A stretch of DNA of 64,000 bases from Hyphomicrobiaceae bacterium (GCA_020638035.1 JACKJI010000009.1:15081-79080); one strand, 5' to 3'. Counted from the first letter of the stretch, positions 1-9,603 are shown. Notes: generated by a model not told the origin, from the letters alone. Made by a program: numbers and translations.

Positions 1-1
1 T

Positions 2-235
2 CAGTTCCTTGCCGAGGCCATTGTGCTGTCGCTGTTCGGCGGACTGATCGGCATCGTCCTGGGTCTCAGCCTCGCCGGCCTCGGCACGATGGTTCTGCAG
101 GTCCCATTTACGGTCGATCCAAGCATCGTGCTGCTCGCATTCGCGTTCTCGGCTCTGGTCGGCATCGTGTTCGGTTACTTCCCTGCCCGCCAGGCCGCAC
201 GATTGAATCCGATCGAAGCATTGCGACATGAGTAA
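2..235 (+). CDS. ABC transporter permease, FtsX/MacB family, C-terminal end (5' part outside window)
   Basis: The frame is open from the window edge. QFLAEAIVLSLFGGLIGIVLG...FPARQAARLNPIEALRHE matches the conserved last TM and C-terminal motif of MacB-type permeases. Stop TAA at 233-235. Confidence 0.75.
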   Translation, partial: QFLAEAIVLSLFGGLIGIVLGLSLAGLGTMVLQVPFTVDPSIVLLAFAFSALVGIVFGYFPARQAARLNPIEALRHE

Positions 236-785
236 CCTCGAGGATCGCATGGCGACACTGATCCGTTTCATGATCTGGGCAATCCCGGCTCTCGGCTTGT
301 TCGCATGCGCGCCCAATCTCGCTCCATTTGCAGGACCTGGATCGGGGCGCGGAAATTTCTCTGAGACCGACCGAATATTTCTGATGTCTTCCGCCACATG
401 GGACAGCAACCATGACGGCGCAACCACATGTGACGAGTGGCGGAACTATCTGGTCGAGCTGTTGGAAAGCTCGGACACGTCGCGAGATGGCACCCTTGGC
501 CAGGATGAGTTCGCTGCCTTCGCCCGCACAGACCGGCTCTTCGCGGTCGCCGATTTTGCATTCTGGGATGCCGATCACGACGGCAAGATCACGCGCGCGG
601 AACTGGTAGAGCGGCCCAATCCGGCATTCTCCATCCTCGACCTCGACAAAGACTGTGTCTTGACGACCGCGGAGATCTCGGCCGCCCGATCGCTACAGGC
701 TCCACCAGACGCGCCGCCTGGAGGCCCGCCGGGCGGTAGACCGGGTGGTGGCGGGCCTCCAACCAATTGGCGCACCTCGACATGA
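228..785 (+). CDS. EF-hand calcium-binding domain protein, probable lipoprotein
   Basis: Four EF-hand loops: DSNHDGATTCDEW, DTSRDGTLGQDEF, DADHDGKITRAEL, DLDKDCVLTTAEI. Lipobox-like LGLFAC near the N-terminus and a Pro/Gly-rich tail. ATG 228 overlaps the upstream stop; ATG 249 is an alternative start. Confidence 0.7.
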   Translation: MSNLEDRMATLIRFMIWAIPALGLFACAPNLAPFAGPGSGRGNFSETDRIFLMSSATWDSNHDGATTCDEWRNYLVELLESSDTSRDGTLGQDEFAAFARTDRLFAVADFAFWDADHDGKITRAELVERPNPAFSILDLDKDCVLTTAEISAARSLQAPPDAPPGGPPGGRPGGGGPPTNWRTST

Positions 786-912
786 GTCGCACGCGCCAGA
801 CCGATCCAGCCTGCGAACTGCGAGACGACGCACGGGAGCCGGCGCCTTGCAGGGATCAGTCGTCAGAACCACGGAGTGAGCGAAAATTCTATTAGGTTAG
901 GACAGCCCGGAA

Positions 913-1614
913 ATGCATTTCTACAAGCGAGAACGACTCATAGTGCTCATAGACGGCCTGCATATGCGGTCCGTCGAACGCGCGCTCGGAATACACATCG
1001 ACTTTGCCCGCATGCGATCTCATTTCCAGGCCGGAGCGTACCTGGTGGGGATGATCTATTATACGCCGCTTGCGCCGCAACAGGGCGAAGATCCCTTGCG
1101 TCGGCTGGTGGACTGGCTCGCCTACAATGGCTATCAGGTCGTCACACGTCCGGCCCGCCACTACGTCGACCACGATGGAAAGAACCGCCTCCGCGGCGAC
1201 ACGCGCGTGGCTCTCGCCGTCGATGCCATGGCCCTTGCCCCGGCAGCAGACCATTTTGTCATGATCGCCGGGCACAGCGATTTCGCCCATCTCGCCGAAG
1301 CGCTGCAGATTCAAGGCAAACGCGTGTCCGTGCTTTCAAGCATGCAAACCCTCATTGCCGACGAGTTGCGACGCACAGCCAACCAGTTCATCGAAATTGA
1401 AACCCTGCTCCCCGATTTCGACATGGCGGCAAGCGCCAACGACGTTGGCAGGGAAGCGGTGGCGCCCGATGGGAACACACACACTCATCTTGCACCTGGA
1501 AACGAATCGTCTTCCGAGGCAACCATTGTCGAACGCCGCAAGCGTGTGCCACGACTTCCCCGCAGCAGCGCGCGTACCGGCAGAAGGAGCGACAAGGAAG
1601 ACCCATCTCCATGA
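913..1614 (+). CDS. NYN/LabA-like (PIN-like) domain protein
   Basis: LIVLIDGLHM...VALAVDAMALA...FVMIAGHSDFAHLAEALQIQGKRVSVLS is the typical NYN-domain layout with conserved acidic residues. The overlapping 876..1400 ORF is Arg-rich and not protein-like. Confidence 0.7.
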   Translation: MHFYKRERLIVLIDGLHMRSVERALGIHIDFARMRSHFQAGAYLVGMIYYTPLAPQQGEDPLRRLVDWLAYNGYQVVTRPARHYVDHDGKNRLRGDTRVALAVDAMALAPAADHFVMIAGHSDFAHLAEALQIQGKRVSVLSSMQTLIADELRRTANQFIEIETLLPDFDMAASANDVGREAVAPDGNTHTHLAPGNESSSEATIVERRKRVPRLPRSSARTGRRSDKEDPSP

Positions 1615-1810
1615 CGCATCTTGGGGCAACACCCTCGATAGAGGAGGCACCGTCGAACAGCCGAGACTGAGTGCCTCGGTGCTGCCCGACACGTACAACC
1701 GCGCAGCATGCTCCGATCGCAGGCTTCGATTCTGCTGCTGCCCTCGGCTCATCGGAACTGATTCGGCCGAATGAGGACGGCATCCGCCGATCACGACGGC
1801 GGCCCCGGCC

Positions 1811-2164
1811 TCAGACATGCTCCACATAGTTCCTGAGCGCGCGGATCCGTGTGCGATAGATGCGGTTGAGGCAGCCGACATGAGCGCCACATGCATTGCG
1901 ATCCTGGAGCCATTCCCTCTGCTCAGCGCGCAGCCATTCAGTCTGCTCGAAATAGCCAGCCCTGACGAGTGCACGTCGGTACCAGCTGTCGAGACGCTCA
2001 TCGAGCGCGCCGATGCGCTGGTTGGAACACACCGTCTGCTCGGCGTCGTTCAAATCTTCGTAACCCATGCAGCTGAAGGATGCGGCGGAGGCGGGGCTGG
2101 TGAGGGCGGAAACGGCGGCGGCAACCACAATGGCTGCGGTAATGGATCGCAAAGGCATCGTCAT
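1811..2164 (-). CDS. DUF1311 / LprI-like lysozyme-inhibitor family secreted protein
   Basis: Signal peptide (AAAVSALTSPASA). Family pattern C...L..LDERL..WY......L...QREWL..R..C with conserved Cys residues. Confidence 0.65.
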   Translation of the reverse strand: MTMPLRSITAAIVVAAAVSALTSPASAASFSCMGYEDLNDAEQTVCSNQRIGALDERLDSWYRRALVRAGYFEQTEWLRAEQREWLQDRNACGAHVGCLNRIYRTRIRALRNYVEHV

Positions 2165-2344
2165 CGAAAGGGCTCCGGATTTCGGTGGCGGGGTTCAGCA
2201 TGTGACCAGCCCACCATTACCTCTCGCGCCTGAACGCCCTGTGACCCCTGTGTTCATCAGCAATTCAGCTTGGAAAGAGCGCCAGCTTGGTGCTCAAATG
2301 CCGGCCCCACCAAGACGTCCTCCAGACCACGAGATGAGATCAGA

Positions 2345-3307
2345 ATGGCCAAACCCACCCTGTGGATCACACGCAAGCTCTCCGACGCCACCGAACAGCG
2401 CGCCGCTCGTGATTACGATGTAATCCTGAACCCGGAGGATCGCGTCTATTCGGGCGATGAAATCGTCGCCATGAGCGGCAGAATCGATGCGATCCTGCCC
2501 TGTCATTCCGAGATCTTCTCCAGGGACGTCGCCGCCCGCCTGTCAGACCGGGTGAAGATCATCGCCAACCACTCCGTCGGCGTCGACCATTGCGACCTCG
2601 CCGCTCTCAAGGCTCGCGGCATCGTCGTTACCAACACACCCGATGTCTTGTCCGACGCCACTGCCGAAATCGCGCTCCTGCTGATGCTCGGCGCTGCACG
2701 CCGCGCCAGTGAAGGCGACCGGCTCGTGCGCACCGGCCAATGGACGTCGTGGAGCCCCTCGTTCATGGTCGGCCGGCAGTCGACAGGCAAGAAGCTCGGC
2801 ATCGTCGGCATGGGCCGCGTCGGCCTGGCGGTAAGAAAGATCGTTACCGGGCTCGGCATGGAGATCCACTATTCGAATCGCCGCCGCCTGCCTGCGGAGA
2901 CGGAAGACGGCTCCATCTATCACGACACCGTGGAGGATCTGCTCGGCGCGGTCGACATCGTGTCCCTCAACTGCCCGTCGACGCCGGAAACGCTGAATCT
3001 GATGGACGCGAGGCGCATCGGCCTGATGAAGCCCGGCGCGATCCTCGTCAACACGGCACGCGGCAACCTGATTGACGAGGCGGCGCTGATCGACGCGCTG
3101 AAGCGCGGGCACCTCTTCGCCGCCGGTCTCGACGTGTTCAAGACCGAGCCCGGCGGCAATCCGGACCTCGCCAAGCTCGATAATGTCTTCCTGCTGCCGC
3201 ACATCGGCTCGGCGACCCGGGAGACGCGCAACGCAATGGGCTTCCGCGCGCTCGACAATCTCGATGCGTTCTTCGCCGGACAAACGCCGCGCGACCGGCT
3301 GGTCTAG
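2345..3307 (+). CDS. D-isomer-specific 2-hydroxyacid dehydrogenase (glyoxylate/hydroxypyruvate reductase-like)
   Basis: NAD-binding GIVGMGRVG and catalytic-region LLPHIGSAT motifs. Start chosen at ATG 2345 (MAKPTLWITRKL) rather than the ORF-track maximum at 2270. Confidence 0.85.
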   Translation: MAKPTLWITRKLSDATEQRAARDYDVILNPEDRVYSGDEIVAMSGRIDAILPCHSEIFSRDVAARLSDRVKIIANHSVGVDHCDLAALKARGIVVTNTPDVLSDATAEIALLLMLGAARRASEGDRLVRTGQWTSWSPSFMVGRQSTGKKLGIVGMGRVGLAVRKIVTGLGMEIHYSNRRRLPAETEDGSIYHDTVEDLLGAVDIVSLNCPSTPETLNLMDARRIGLMKPGAILVNTARGNLIDEAALIDALKRGHLFAAGLDVFKTEPGGNPDLAKLDNVFLLPHIGSATRETRNAMGFRALDNLDAFFAGQTPRDRLV

Positions 3308-3416
3308 ATTGGCTTCCAGGCGATCAGAAACGCCTGGAGCCGCACCAGATGAGACGCTTCGGCGAGTGGTGATGCGGTGGGGCGCGCGCGACGCGCTCGG
3401 CAGGAGCTTCGTGTTT

Positions 3417-4247
3417 TCAGCCTGTCCGGCAAGCCATGCACCCGCCTTCCACGTATCCGCCCCCGTCCCCGGCGGCAACCGGTGCACCGCAGGCATGGCA
3501 GAGCTTGAAGGGGGATTGTGCGAGACCGTGGCCGACCGCCACCCGCTCGTCGAACACGTAGCAGGCGCCGCGCCACAGGCTCTCGGCCTCCGGCACCTCC
3601 TCCAGGTACCTTAGGATGCCGCCCTGGAGGTGGTAGACTTCCTCGACGCCCAGCGCCTTCACATACGCCGTCGCCTTCTCGCAGCGGATACCACCGGTGC
3701 AGAACATGGCGATCCGTTTGGGCGGCATCCCACCCGCGGCAAGCCGGGTGCGCATCCATCCAGGGAATTCGCGGAAACTGCGCGTGCCGGGGTCCTCGGC
3801 ACCAGCAAACGTGCCGATGCCGACCTCGTAGGCGTTGCGCGTATCGATCAGCACCGTATCGGGATCGGCGATCAGTGCGTTCCAATCGCTGGGCGCCACG
3901 TAGGTGCCGACCGACTGCAGCGGATCGATCCCCTCGACCCCCATAGTCACGATCTCGCGCTTGAGCCGCACCTTGAGCCGGCCGAACGGCATCGTCTTCG
4001 TGTGCGAGAACTTGACGTCGACATCGGCGAAACCGGGAACGACGCGGATTGCCGCGAGGACCTCCTCCAGTCCGCTTCGCGATCCTGCGATCGTGCCGTT
4101 GATGCCTTCGGCCGCCAACAGAAGCGTGCCCTGGACGCCATTAGCCGCCGCTACCTCGCGCAGCGGCGCACGGAATGCAGCAAAATCCGGCCACCGCGCG
4201 AAGCGGTAAAGTGCGGCCACAGAAATATTTTGTAACTCGTCCGACAT
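3417..4247 (-). CDS. trhO: Rhodanese-domain tRNA uridine(34) hydroxylase family (UPF0176/YceA)
   Basis: ALYRF N-terminal domain, rhodanese active-site loop [11 protein letters not shown] and a Cys-rich C-terminus (CHACG). Start at ATG 4247 ([16 protein letters not shown]). Confidence 0.75.
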   Translation of the reverse strand: MSDELQNISVAALYRFARWPDFAAFRAPLREVAAANGVQGTLLLAAEGINGTIAGSRSGLEEVLAAIRVVPGFADVDVKFSHTKTMPFGRLKVRLKREIVTMGVEGIDPLQSVGTYVAPSDWNALIADPDTVLIDTRNAYEVGIGTFAGAEDPGTRSFREFPGWMRTRLAAGGMPPKRIAMFCTGGIRCEKATAYVKALGVEEVYHLQGGILRYLEEVPEAESLWRGACYVFDERVAVGHGLAQSPFKLCHACGAPVAAGDGGGYVEGGCMACRTG

Positions 4248-4572
4248 GCGATCCGCATAGCGCCAAGCGCTCTGGTCAGCAAGCCCATGCGCCCATCCCG
4301 GCGTGCGTCCATTGCCTGAATTGCGGCCCTGCGGGTGTCGGCAGGTGCGCATCGGCCCGCCCGCACCACTTCATGAGTACTGTGGATAGCTTCCTCTGGA
4401 TCGTGCTGGCTGCCCCCTCGACATGTGACTTTCATGTCGCATGCACATTTCTGGACACGCGGCAGGCTTGACCCATCTTTGCATGTGAACCGAATCACAC
4501 GATCGTCCAGAATCGTTGCAGTTCACTGCAGTCCGACGCTGGTCACTGCAGTCCAAAATGGAGATCAGGACA

Positions 4573-4662
4573 ATGGCAGCAGCGAAGAAGGCTCCGGCAA
4601 AGAAGGCAGCCCCGGCGAAGAAGGCCGCGGCAAAGAAGCCGGCAGCGAAGAAGAAGAAGTAA
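4573..4662 (+). CDS. 29-aa Lys/Ala-rich basic microprotein (histone H1-like AKKA repeats)
   Basis: Not in the ORF track because it is under 60 aa. The ATG at 4573 is preceded by GGAGATCAGGA. Translation is MAAAKKAPAKKAAPAKKAAAKKPAAKKKK with stop TAA at 4660-4662, and a stem-loop follows. Confidence 0.5.
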   Translation: MAAAKKAPAKKAAPAKKAAAKKPAAKKKK

Positions 4663-4712
4663 TCTTCCCATTCGCACTTCTTTCGGCCCTGGCCCTCCAG
4701 CGGTCGAGGCGT

Positions 4713-4745
4713 CGGGCACCCCTTGAGGGTGCCCGAATTGCATTT
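4713..4745 (+). terminator. Rho-independent-like stem-loop after the microprotein
   Basis: CGGGCACCC (4713-4721) pairs with GGGTGCCCG (4727-4735) around a 5-nt loop. It is followed by AATTGCATTT. Confidence 0.5.
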
Positions 4746-5001
4746 GGGCAACCAGCCCGCGTCCGCCGCCTCGCCGATCTACCCGCAGCCCCACACCAGC
4801 CGGCAAAGCTTTGCCACCCCTTCGGGTGGCCACGATATCGCGTGGCTCTCTCCGGTACGATCTGCTATTGCGGGCGGCGAAATCGGCATGCAAAAGAGGC
4901 CGGCAAGCTATCCGCAGCGCCGTGCTGGCGACTAGGCCTCGTACCGGCAACCACGCCGCCACACACCGCTCCCGCCCACCAATCAAGACGGAGATCTCCC
5001 G

Positions 5002-5412
5002 ATGAGCCGCGCCGACACCCAGACCCTGATCCAGAGCTACTACGATGCCTTCAATCGCGGTGACAGCAATGCCATGCTTGCCTTCCTCTCCGAGGACGTC
5101 ATTCACGACGTCAACCAGGGCGAGCGGCGCATCGGTCTCGACAAGTTCAAGGCGTTCAATGCGCGCATGGACCACCACTATAAGGAGCGGCTGGAGAACA
5201 TCTCCATCATGGTGAACGAGGACGGCACCCGCGCCGCTGCCGAGTTCAACGTGCACGGCACCTATCTCAACACCGACAGCGGCCTGCCCGAAGCCAAGGG
5301 GCAGACCTACGTGCTCCCCGCCGGCACCTTCTTCGCCATTCGCGACGGCAAGATCGCCCGCGTGACGACGTATTACAATCTGACCGACTGGATCGCCCAG
5401 GTCGCTGGCTGA
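5002..5412 (+). CDS. SnoaL-like / NTF2-fold (ketosteroid isomerase-related) protein
   Basis: The N-terminus IQSYYDAFNRGDSNAMLAFLSEDVIHDVN and the length (136 aa) are typical of the SnoaL-like family. Confidence 0.65.
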   Translation: MSRADTQTLIQSYYDAFNRGDSNAMLAFLSEDVIHDVNQGERRIGLDKFKAFNARMDHHYKERLENISIMVNEDGTRAAAEFNVHGTYLNTDSGLPEAKGQTYVLPAGTFFAIRDGKIARVTTYYNLTDWIAQVAG

Positions 5413-5452
5413 CCCAGTACCGGGCGCACCTGCTCCGCCTTGCGCAAGGACT

Positions 5453-5818
5453 TTGCCCATGCTCGTGACGATGCTCAAATGCAAGCTGCATCGCGCCACC
5501 GTGACGGAGTGCGACCTGCACTACGAGGGCTCGATCTCGATCGACGAGAAGTTGATCGAGGCGGCCGGCCTCCTCATCAACGAGCGCGTCGAGATCTACA
5601 ACATCGACAACGGTGAACGCTTTGCCACCTACGTGATCAGGGGTGAGCGCGGCTCGGGCGTCATCGGCCTCAACGGCGCCGCCGCTCGCAAGGCCTGTGT
5701 CGGCGACAAGCTCATCATCTGTGCCTATGCACAGATGAGCGAGGAGGAGGCACGCGCCCACGAGCCCAGCATCGTCATCCTCGGCAAGAAGAACCGGATG
5801 GAGAAGGCCAAGACATGA
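5453..5818 (+). CDS. panD: Aspartate 1-decarboxylase
   Basis: MLKCKLHRATVTECDLHYEGSISID contains the self-processing G-S site and the conserved N-terminus. Start is ambiguous between ATG 5453 and 5459. Confidence 0.9.
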   Translation: MPMLVTMLKCKLHRATVTECDLHYEGSISIDEKLIEAAGLLINERVEIYNIDNGERFATYVIRGERGSGVIGLNGAAARKACVGDKLIICAYAQMSEEEARAHEPSIVILGKKNRMEKAKT

Positions 5819-6405
5819 AACTCGAGGTGACCTCGCTCACGGGCGATGCCATCCGCGAAGTTCTGCCCGATCTCGCGCAGCTTCGTATGATCGTGTTTCG
5901 CGACTGGCCCTACCTCTATGACGGCACGCTGGAGTACGAGGAGCAGTACCTCGCCACGTTCGCCGCCGCCCCCGGTGCTGTCTGCGTCATCGCCCGCGAC
6001 GGCGATCGCATTGTCGGGGCGTCGACCGGCCTGCCGATGATTCACGCCGACGAGGAATTCAAGGGGCCGTTCACGGCTGCCGGCTACGACATCGCGCAGG
6101 TCTTTTATTGCGGCGAGAGCGTGCTGCTGTCCTCTCATCGCGGTGGCGGTGTCGGCCACGCATTCTTCGATCACCGCGAGGCCCAGGCGCGCCGCCTCGG
6201 CGGCTTTCGCCATTCGACGTTCTGCCGGGTCGTCCGTCCCGACGATCACCCCCTGAAGCCGAAGGACTATCGCCCGCTCGATGCGTTCTGGACGAAGCGC
6301 GGCTATGCACCCGTTCCGGGACTCATTGCGCACTACGACTGGAAGGACATCGACCAGGACGGCGAGACCACCAAGGAACTGCAATTCTGGCTGAGGGAGC
6401 TGTGA
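5815..6405 (+). CDS. GNAT family N-acetyltransferase
   Basis: Acetyl-CoA-binding-like segment LLSSHRGGGVGHAFFDHREAQARRLG. The start overlaps the panD stop (ATGA). Confidence 0.6.
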   Translation: MKLEVTSLTGDAIREVLPDLAQLRMIVFRDWPYLYDGTLEYEEQYLATFAAAPGAVCVIARDGDRIVGASTGLPMIHADEEFKGPFTAAGYDIAQVFYCGESVLLSSHRGGGVGHAFFDHREAQARRLGGFRHSTFCRVVRPDDHPLKPKDYRPLDAFWTKRGYAPVPGLIAHYDWKDIDQDGETTKELQFWLREL

Positions 6406-6410
6406 GCCAG

Positions 6411-7319
6411 ATGCGTGACACCTTGCGCGTGGCTGCTGCGCAGTATCCCATCGATGCCGTGCCAAGCCTTGATGCTTGGAACGAAAAGATCGCCCGCTGG
6501 GTGAAGAATGGCGCCGAAACCGGGGCCGAACTGCTGGTCTTTCCCGAATATGGCGCCATCGAGCAGGCACACGCGCTCGGTCCGTCCGTCTATCAGGACC
6601 TCGACGCCACCCTCGCCGCCATCGCCGATCTCGCCGACGCGCGCGTGGCAGTGCACGCCGAGCTGGCCCGCCGCCACGGCGTCCACATTCTCGTCGGCTC
6701 AGGCCCCAAGCGCCGCGCCGACGGCCGCTACGTGAACGCGGCGCAGCTCGTCACGCCCACGGGGGGCATCGGCGAACAGGAAAAGCTGATCCTGACGCCG
6801 TTCGAGCGCAACTGGAACATGATGGCGGGAGAGGAGATCCGCGTGTTCCGCACCGCCATCGGAAACATCGCCATTGCGGTTTGCTACGATAGCGAGTTCC
6901 CCTATCTCGCCCGCGCCATGGCCCGGGCCGGGGCGGAGATCCTGCTGGTGCCACAGTGCACCGAGCGCGTCTCGGGCAACTACCGGGTCCGCACCGGCGC
7001 CATGGCCCGCGCACTCGAAAACCAGTTTGCCGCCATCACCAGCCCGACCATCGGCGACGCGGTCTGGTCGGCGGCCGTCGATTACAACAATGGCGCCGCC
7101 GGCGTATTCGTGCCGGCCGAGCAGGGTGTCTCCGATACCGGCGTGCTGGCCGAGGGCCGCATGAACGAGCCGGGCTGGATCACCGCCACCGTTGACATGA
7201 ACAGCCTGCGCCGGCTGCGCTCGGGCGGCGAGATGCGCAATTTCACCGATTGGCTGGAGCAGCCGGGCGCGGCGGCGGCGGAAAGCAGCGCACGCGTCAG
7301 GATCGTCGATCTCGCCTGA
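6411..7319 (+). CDS. Carbon-nitrogen hydrolase (nitrilase superfamily) protein
   Basis: MRDTLRVAAAQYP start, catalytic Glu context LLVFPEYG and catalytic Cys context IAVCYDSEFP. The track ORF from 6108 is an out-of-context extension across the GNAT gene. Confidence 0.8.
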   Translation: MRDTLRVAAAQYPIDAVPSLDAWNEKIARWVKNGAETGAELLVFPEYGAIEQAHALGPSVYQDLDATLAAIADLADARVAVHAELARRHGVHILVGSGPKRRADGRYVNAAQLVTPTGGIGEQEKLILTPFERNWNMMAGEEIRVFRTAIGNIAIAVCYDSEFPYLARAMARAGAEILLVPQCTERVSGNYRVRTGAMARALENQFAAITSPTIGDAVWSAAVDYNNGAAGVFVPAEQGVSDTGVLAEGRMNEPGWITATVDMNSLRRLRSGGEMRNFTDWLEQPGAAAAESSARVRIVDLA

Positions 7320-7530
7320 TCCTTCACAGCGCCACTCAGACCGACCCGTTCGATCAGCGCCGCAGGCTTTTCACGCTGAGCCGCATACACTTCAGCTCTA
7401 CGATTTCTAGAGCAGGTCCGACTTTGGTGGAATCACTTCCACGATCGTGGCCTGCTCCAAGATCTTGTTTGAGAGACTGAGTCACGCCTTCGATCGAAGC
7501 CCAAGCGTTTCCATCTCAGACGATCAGGCT

Positions 7531-8292
7531 CTAGTCCAGCGCGTAGGTGACAGTGACCCGCGCCGAGATCTCCTGCGAGCCCTCGGCGATCGGCACGCCC
7601 TCAGCCATCGCCGCGCGCGCCAGCATCGGACCGCGCGGCGCCACGTGCACCGTTTCCTCTGAGATCACCAGCACCTGGCCGAGCCGTGCCCCGGCGGCGT
7701 TAGCGTAAAGGTCGGCGCGCTGGCGCGCGTTGGCTATCGCGTTCCGCCGCGCCTCGTCCTTCAGCGCTTCGGCATCAGCGATAGCGAAGGACAGACCGCC
7801 AATCCGGTTGGCGCCGACCGAAACGATCTCATCGAGCATGGGGCCCAGTTGCGCAAGCTCCCGCACCACAATGGCGACGTCGTTGGAAACGCGATAGCCA
7901 TCGATCGTCGGCGGCTTGCCATCCTTGGTGTGCACATAGCGCGGTGAGACATCGAAATTCGTCGTCTGGATGTCATCGGCAGGAATGCCCCGCGCTTTGA
8001 GACCGCCGATCAGCGCATCCATGGCCCCCGAGTTGGCCTTGAGCGCCTCTTTGGCCGTCGCCGCCTCACTGACGACGCCGAGCGAGATCCGCGCCATGTC
8101 GGGTCGGGCCGCCACCTTCCCCTCGCCCGTGACCGTCACCTGCCGCTGCATGCGCCCTGCCTCCGATCGCTCCAATCGCGCCTCCTGTGCCCGTCCCTCC
8201 GTCGCCGAAGCCAGTGCAACCCCGACGCCCAGCGCCACCGCGAGTCCGGGCATGATCCACGCCGTCAGGACACCTCCGCGATATGGGGGCAT
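7531..8292 (-). CDS. SIMPL domain (BP26/OMP28-like, DUF541) periplasmic protein
   Basis: VTVTGEGKVAARPDMARISLGVV...YRVSNDVAIVVREL...ARVTVTYAL matches the SIMPL family pattern. Start set at ATG 8292 (MPPYRGG), followed by a signal-like segment. Confidence 0.75.
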   Translation of the reverse strand: MPPYRGGVLTAWIMPGLAVALGVGVALASATEGRAQEARLERSEAGRMQRQVTVTGEGKVAARPDMARISLGVVSEAATAKEALKANSGAMDALIGGLKARGIPADDIQTTNFDVSPRYVHTKDGKPPTIDGYRVSNDVAIVVRELAQLGPMLDEIVSVGANRIGGLSFAIADAEALKDEARRNAIANARQRADLYANAAGARLGQVLVISEETVHVAPRGPMLARAAMAEGVPIAEGSQEISARVTVTYALD

Positions 8293-8465
8293 GGCTCGAT
8301 CTCCTCGCAAACTCCGCCTACTTGGAAGCTCATGACGCGGCGGACGGCCGGACAATGATGCTCCAACGCGCTTCTTGCACCGGATCGGGGTGAAATGGCG
8401 GCAAACGATGTTTCGCCCGGCCACCGGGATCTGGTATGAAGGCGCCCCCGGCCGACACATGGCCC

Positions 8466-8541
8466 GGGCCCGTAGCTCAATGGTTAGAGCTGGCGGCTCA
8501 TAACCGTCTGGTTGCAGGTTCGAATCCTGCCGGGCCCACCA
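8466..8541 (+). tRNA. tRNA with CAT anticodon (elongator Met or lysidine-modified Ile2)
   Basis: Hand-folded 76-nt cloverleaf: GGGCCCG/CGGGCCC acceptor, GCTC/GAGC D-stem, GGCGG-CTCATAA-CCGTC anticodon arm, GCAGG-TTCGAAT-CCTGC T-arm, ACCA end. The G1:C72 pair excludes an initiator tRNA. Confidence 0.9.
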
Positions 8542-8586
8542 CTACTGATGTCGCGCACCTGTTGTTCATGAAATAGCGACCAACGC

Positions 8587-8964
8587 TCAACTATCCGCCT
8601 CGATCACTGCCACGCGCTCGCCGGCATGCGCTGATCTGAGAGCGGTCACATCGTCGAGGGCCTGCGCCCACACGTTGCACGGGCTTGCCAATCGGATCTC
8701 GCCGTTACGCGAAATCGGCGTCGGCCCGAAGCCAATCGCGATGGCATCACCGTCGGGCCAGAAAGCAATTTCACCAGCTTCCACCACATCGCGCGCATCG
8801 GCCTCCGGTGTCACCGTGACAGGCGTCGCGAAATAGACCTCCTGCCCCCAGGTCTGCGCCGTGGCGTAAATCGGCAGCGCCCGCCAGATGCGGTCCGCGG
8901 TTGCCGTGTCGCGCAACCTCGCGCGTAGCGCCACATCACCGATGCGTATCAATATCTCCCGCAA
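8587..8964 (-). CDS. Cyclophilin-like fold protein (small, DUF3830-type)
   Basis: Family pattern: L.DT.TA..IW.ALP....A..WG.E.YF......E......V..G.IA.WP.G.A.AI.FGPTP.S. Confidence 0.6.
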   Translation of the reverse strand: MREILIRIGDVALRARLRDTATADRIWRALPIYATAQTWGQEVYFATPVTVTPEADARDVVEAGEIAFWPDGDAIAIGFGPTPISRNGEIRLASPCNVWAQALDDVTALRSAHAGERVAVIEADS

Positions 8965-9039
8965 CGTCTCCTCCCCTGGTCGCCGGTCAGTCCGGTCTCA
9001 TTGTCATTGCCGCGCATCACGATGCAGATCAGCATCGCG

Positions 9040-9525
9040 TCACCTTTGGCGCATACCCTCTCCCGGCCTGCGCAACAGCGACACTTTTTCACCCACCCGC
9101 ACGCCCTGCAAGACCTTCACGTCACCAAGTGCGGTGGCAAAGACATTGACCGGAGCCGGCATGCGCATCTCACCTGGCCGCGAGATCGGCGTCGGCCCGA
9201 AGGGAAGGATGATGCGCCGTTCCTCGCTCCACAGGCAGATGTCGCCCGGCCGCGCCATCAGCCGCGCCGTCCGGTCCCGGCCCGACGCGATCGGAATCTC
9301 GACGTGGATCGCCTCTCCCCAGGGCTCGGCCACACCGAAGAGCGGCAGCGCCGCCCAGATCCGCTCGGCCGTCGCCGTTGCCGCAAGCGCCGCTTCCAGT
9401 TCGATGCGTCCTGCCCGGATCAGAATGACACGTGAGCCCGGGCCATGCTGCACGGCGGTTGCTTCGGGTGCGGCGGCACGCCTGGCAACTGGATCGGATC
9501 GGTGTCGTAGAATATCGGTCGGCAT
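9040..9525 (-). CDS. Cyclophilin-like fold protein, tandem paralog
   Basis: Same pattern as 8587..8964 (ATAERIWAALPLFGVAEPWGEAIHVEIP...GDICLWSEERRIILPFGPTPIS). The start is uncertain; ATG 9525 was chosen and an in-frame GTG lies further downstream. Confidence 0.55.
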   Translation of the reverse strand: MPTDILRHRSDPVARRAAAPEATAVQHGPGSRVILIRAGRIELEAALAATATAERIWAALPLFGVAEPWGEAIHVEIPIASGRDRTARLMARPGDICLWSEERRIILPFGPTPISRPGEMRMPAPVNVFATALGDVKVLQGVRVGEKVSLLRRPGEGMRQR

Positions 9526-9603
9526 GGCCCATCGCACAAAACGAAACGGGCGCCCATGAGGCGCCCGCTTCACAACGAATGACAAGTAGAATTGATCACA
9601 CGA

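Noticed and set aside
6108-6410. N-terminal 100-aa extension of the nitrilase-family ORF
   Set aside because: The extension overlaps the GNAT gene in another frame and is Arg/Pro-rich. The family N-terminus (MRDTLRVAAAQYP) begins at 6411.
2543-6570. Long minus-strand ORFs 2543..3496, 4543..5499 and 5725..6570
   Set aside because: Each lies antisense to, or across, well-supported plus-strand genes (the dehydrogenase, SnoaL-like, panD, GNAT). None has a recognisable domain, and all show high-GC shadow-frame composition.
8466-8541. CAT tRNA as initiator tRNA-fMet
   Set aside because: Positions 1 and 72 form a normal G:C pair and the anticodon stem lacks the three consecutive G:C pairs typical of initiators.
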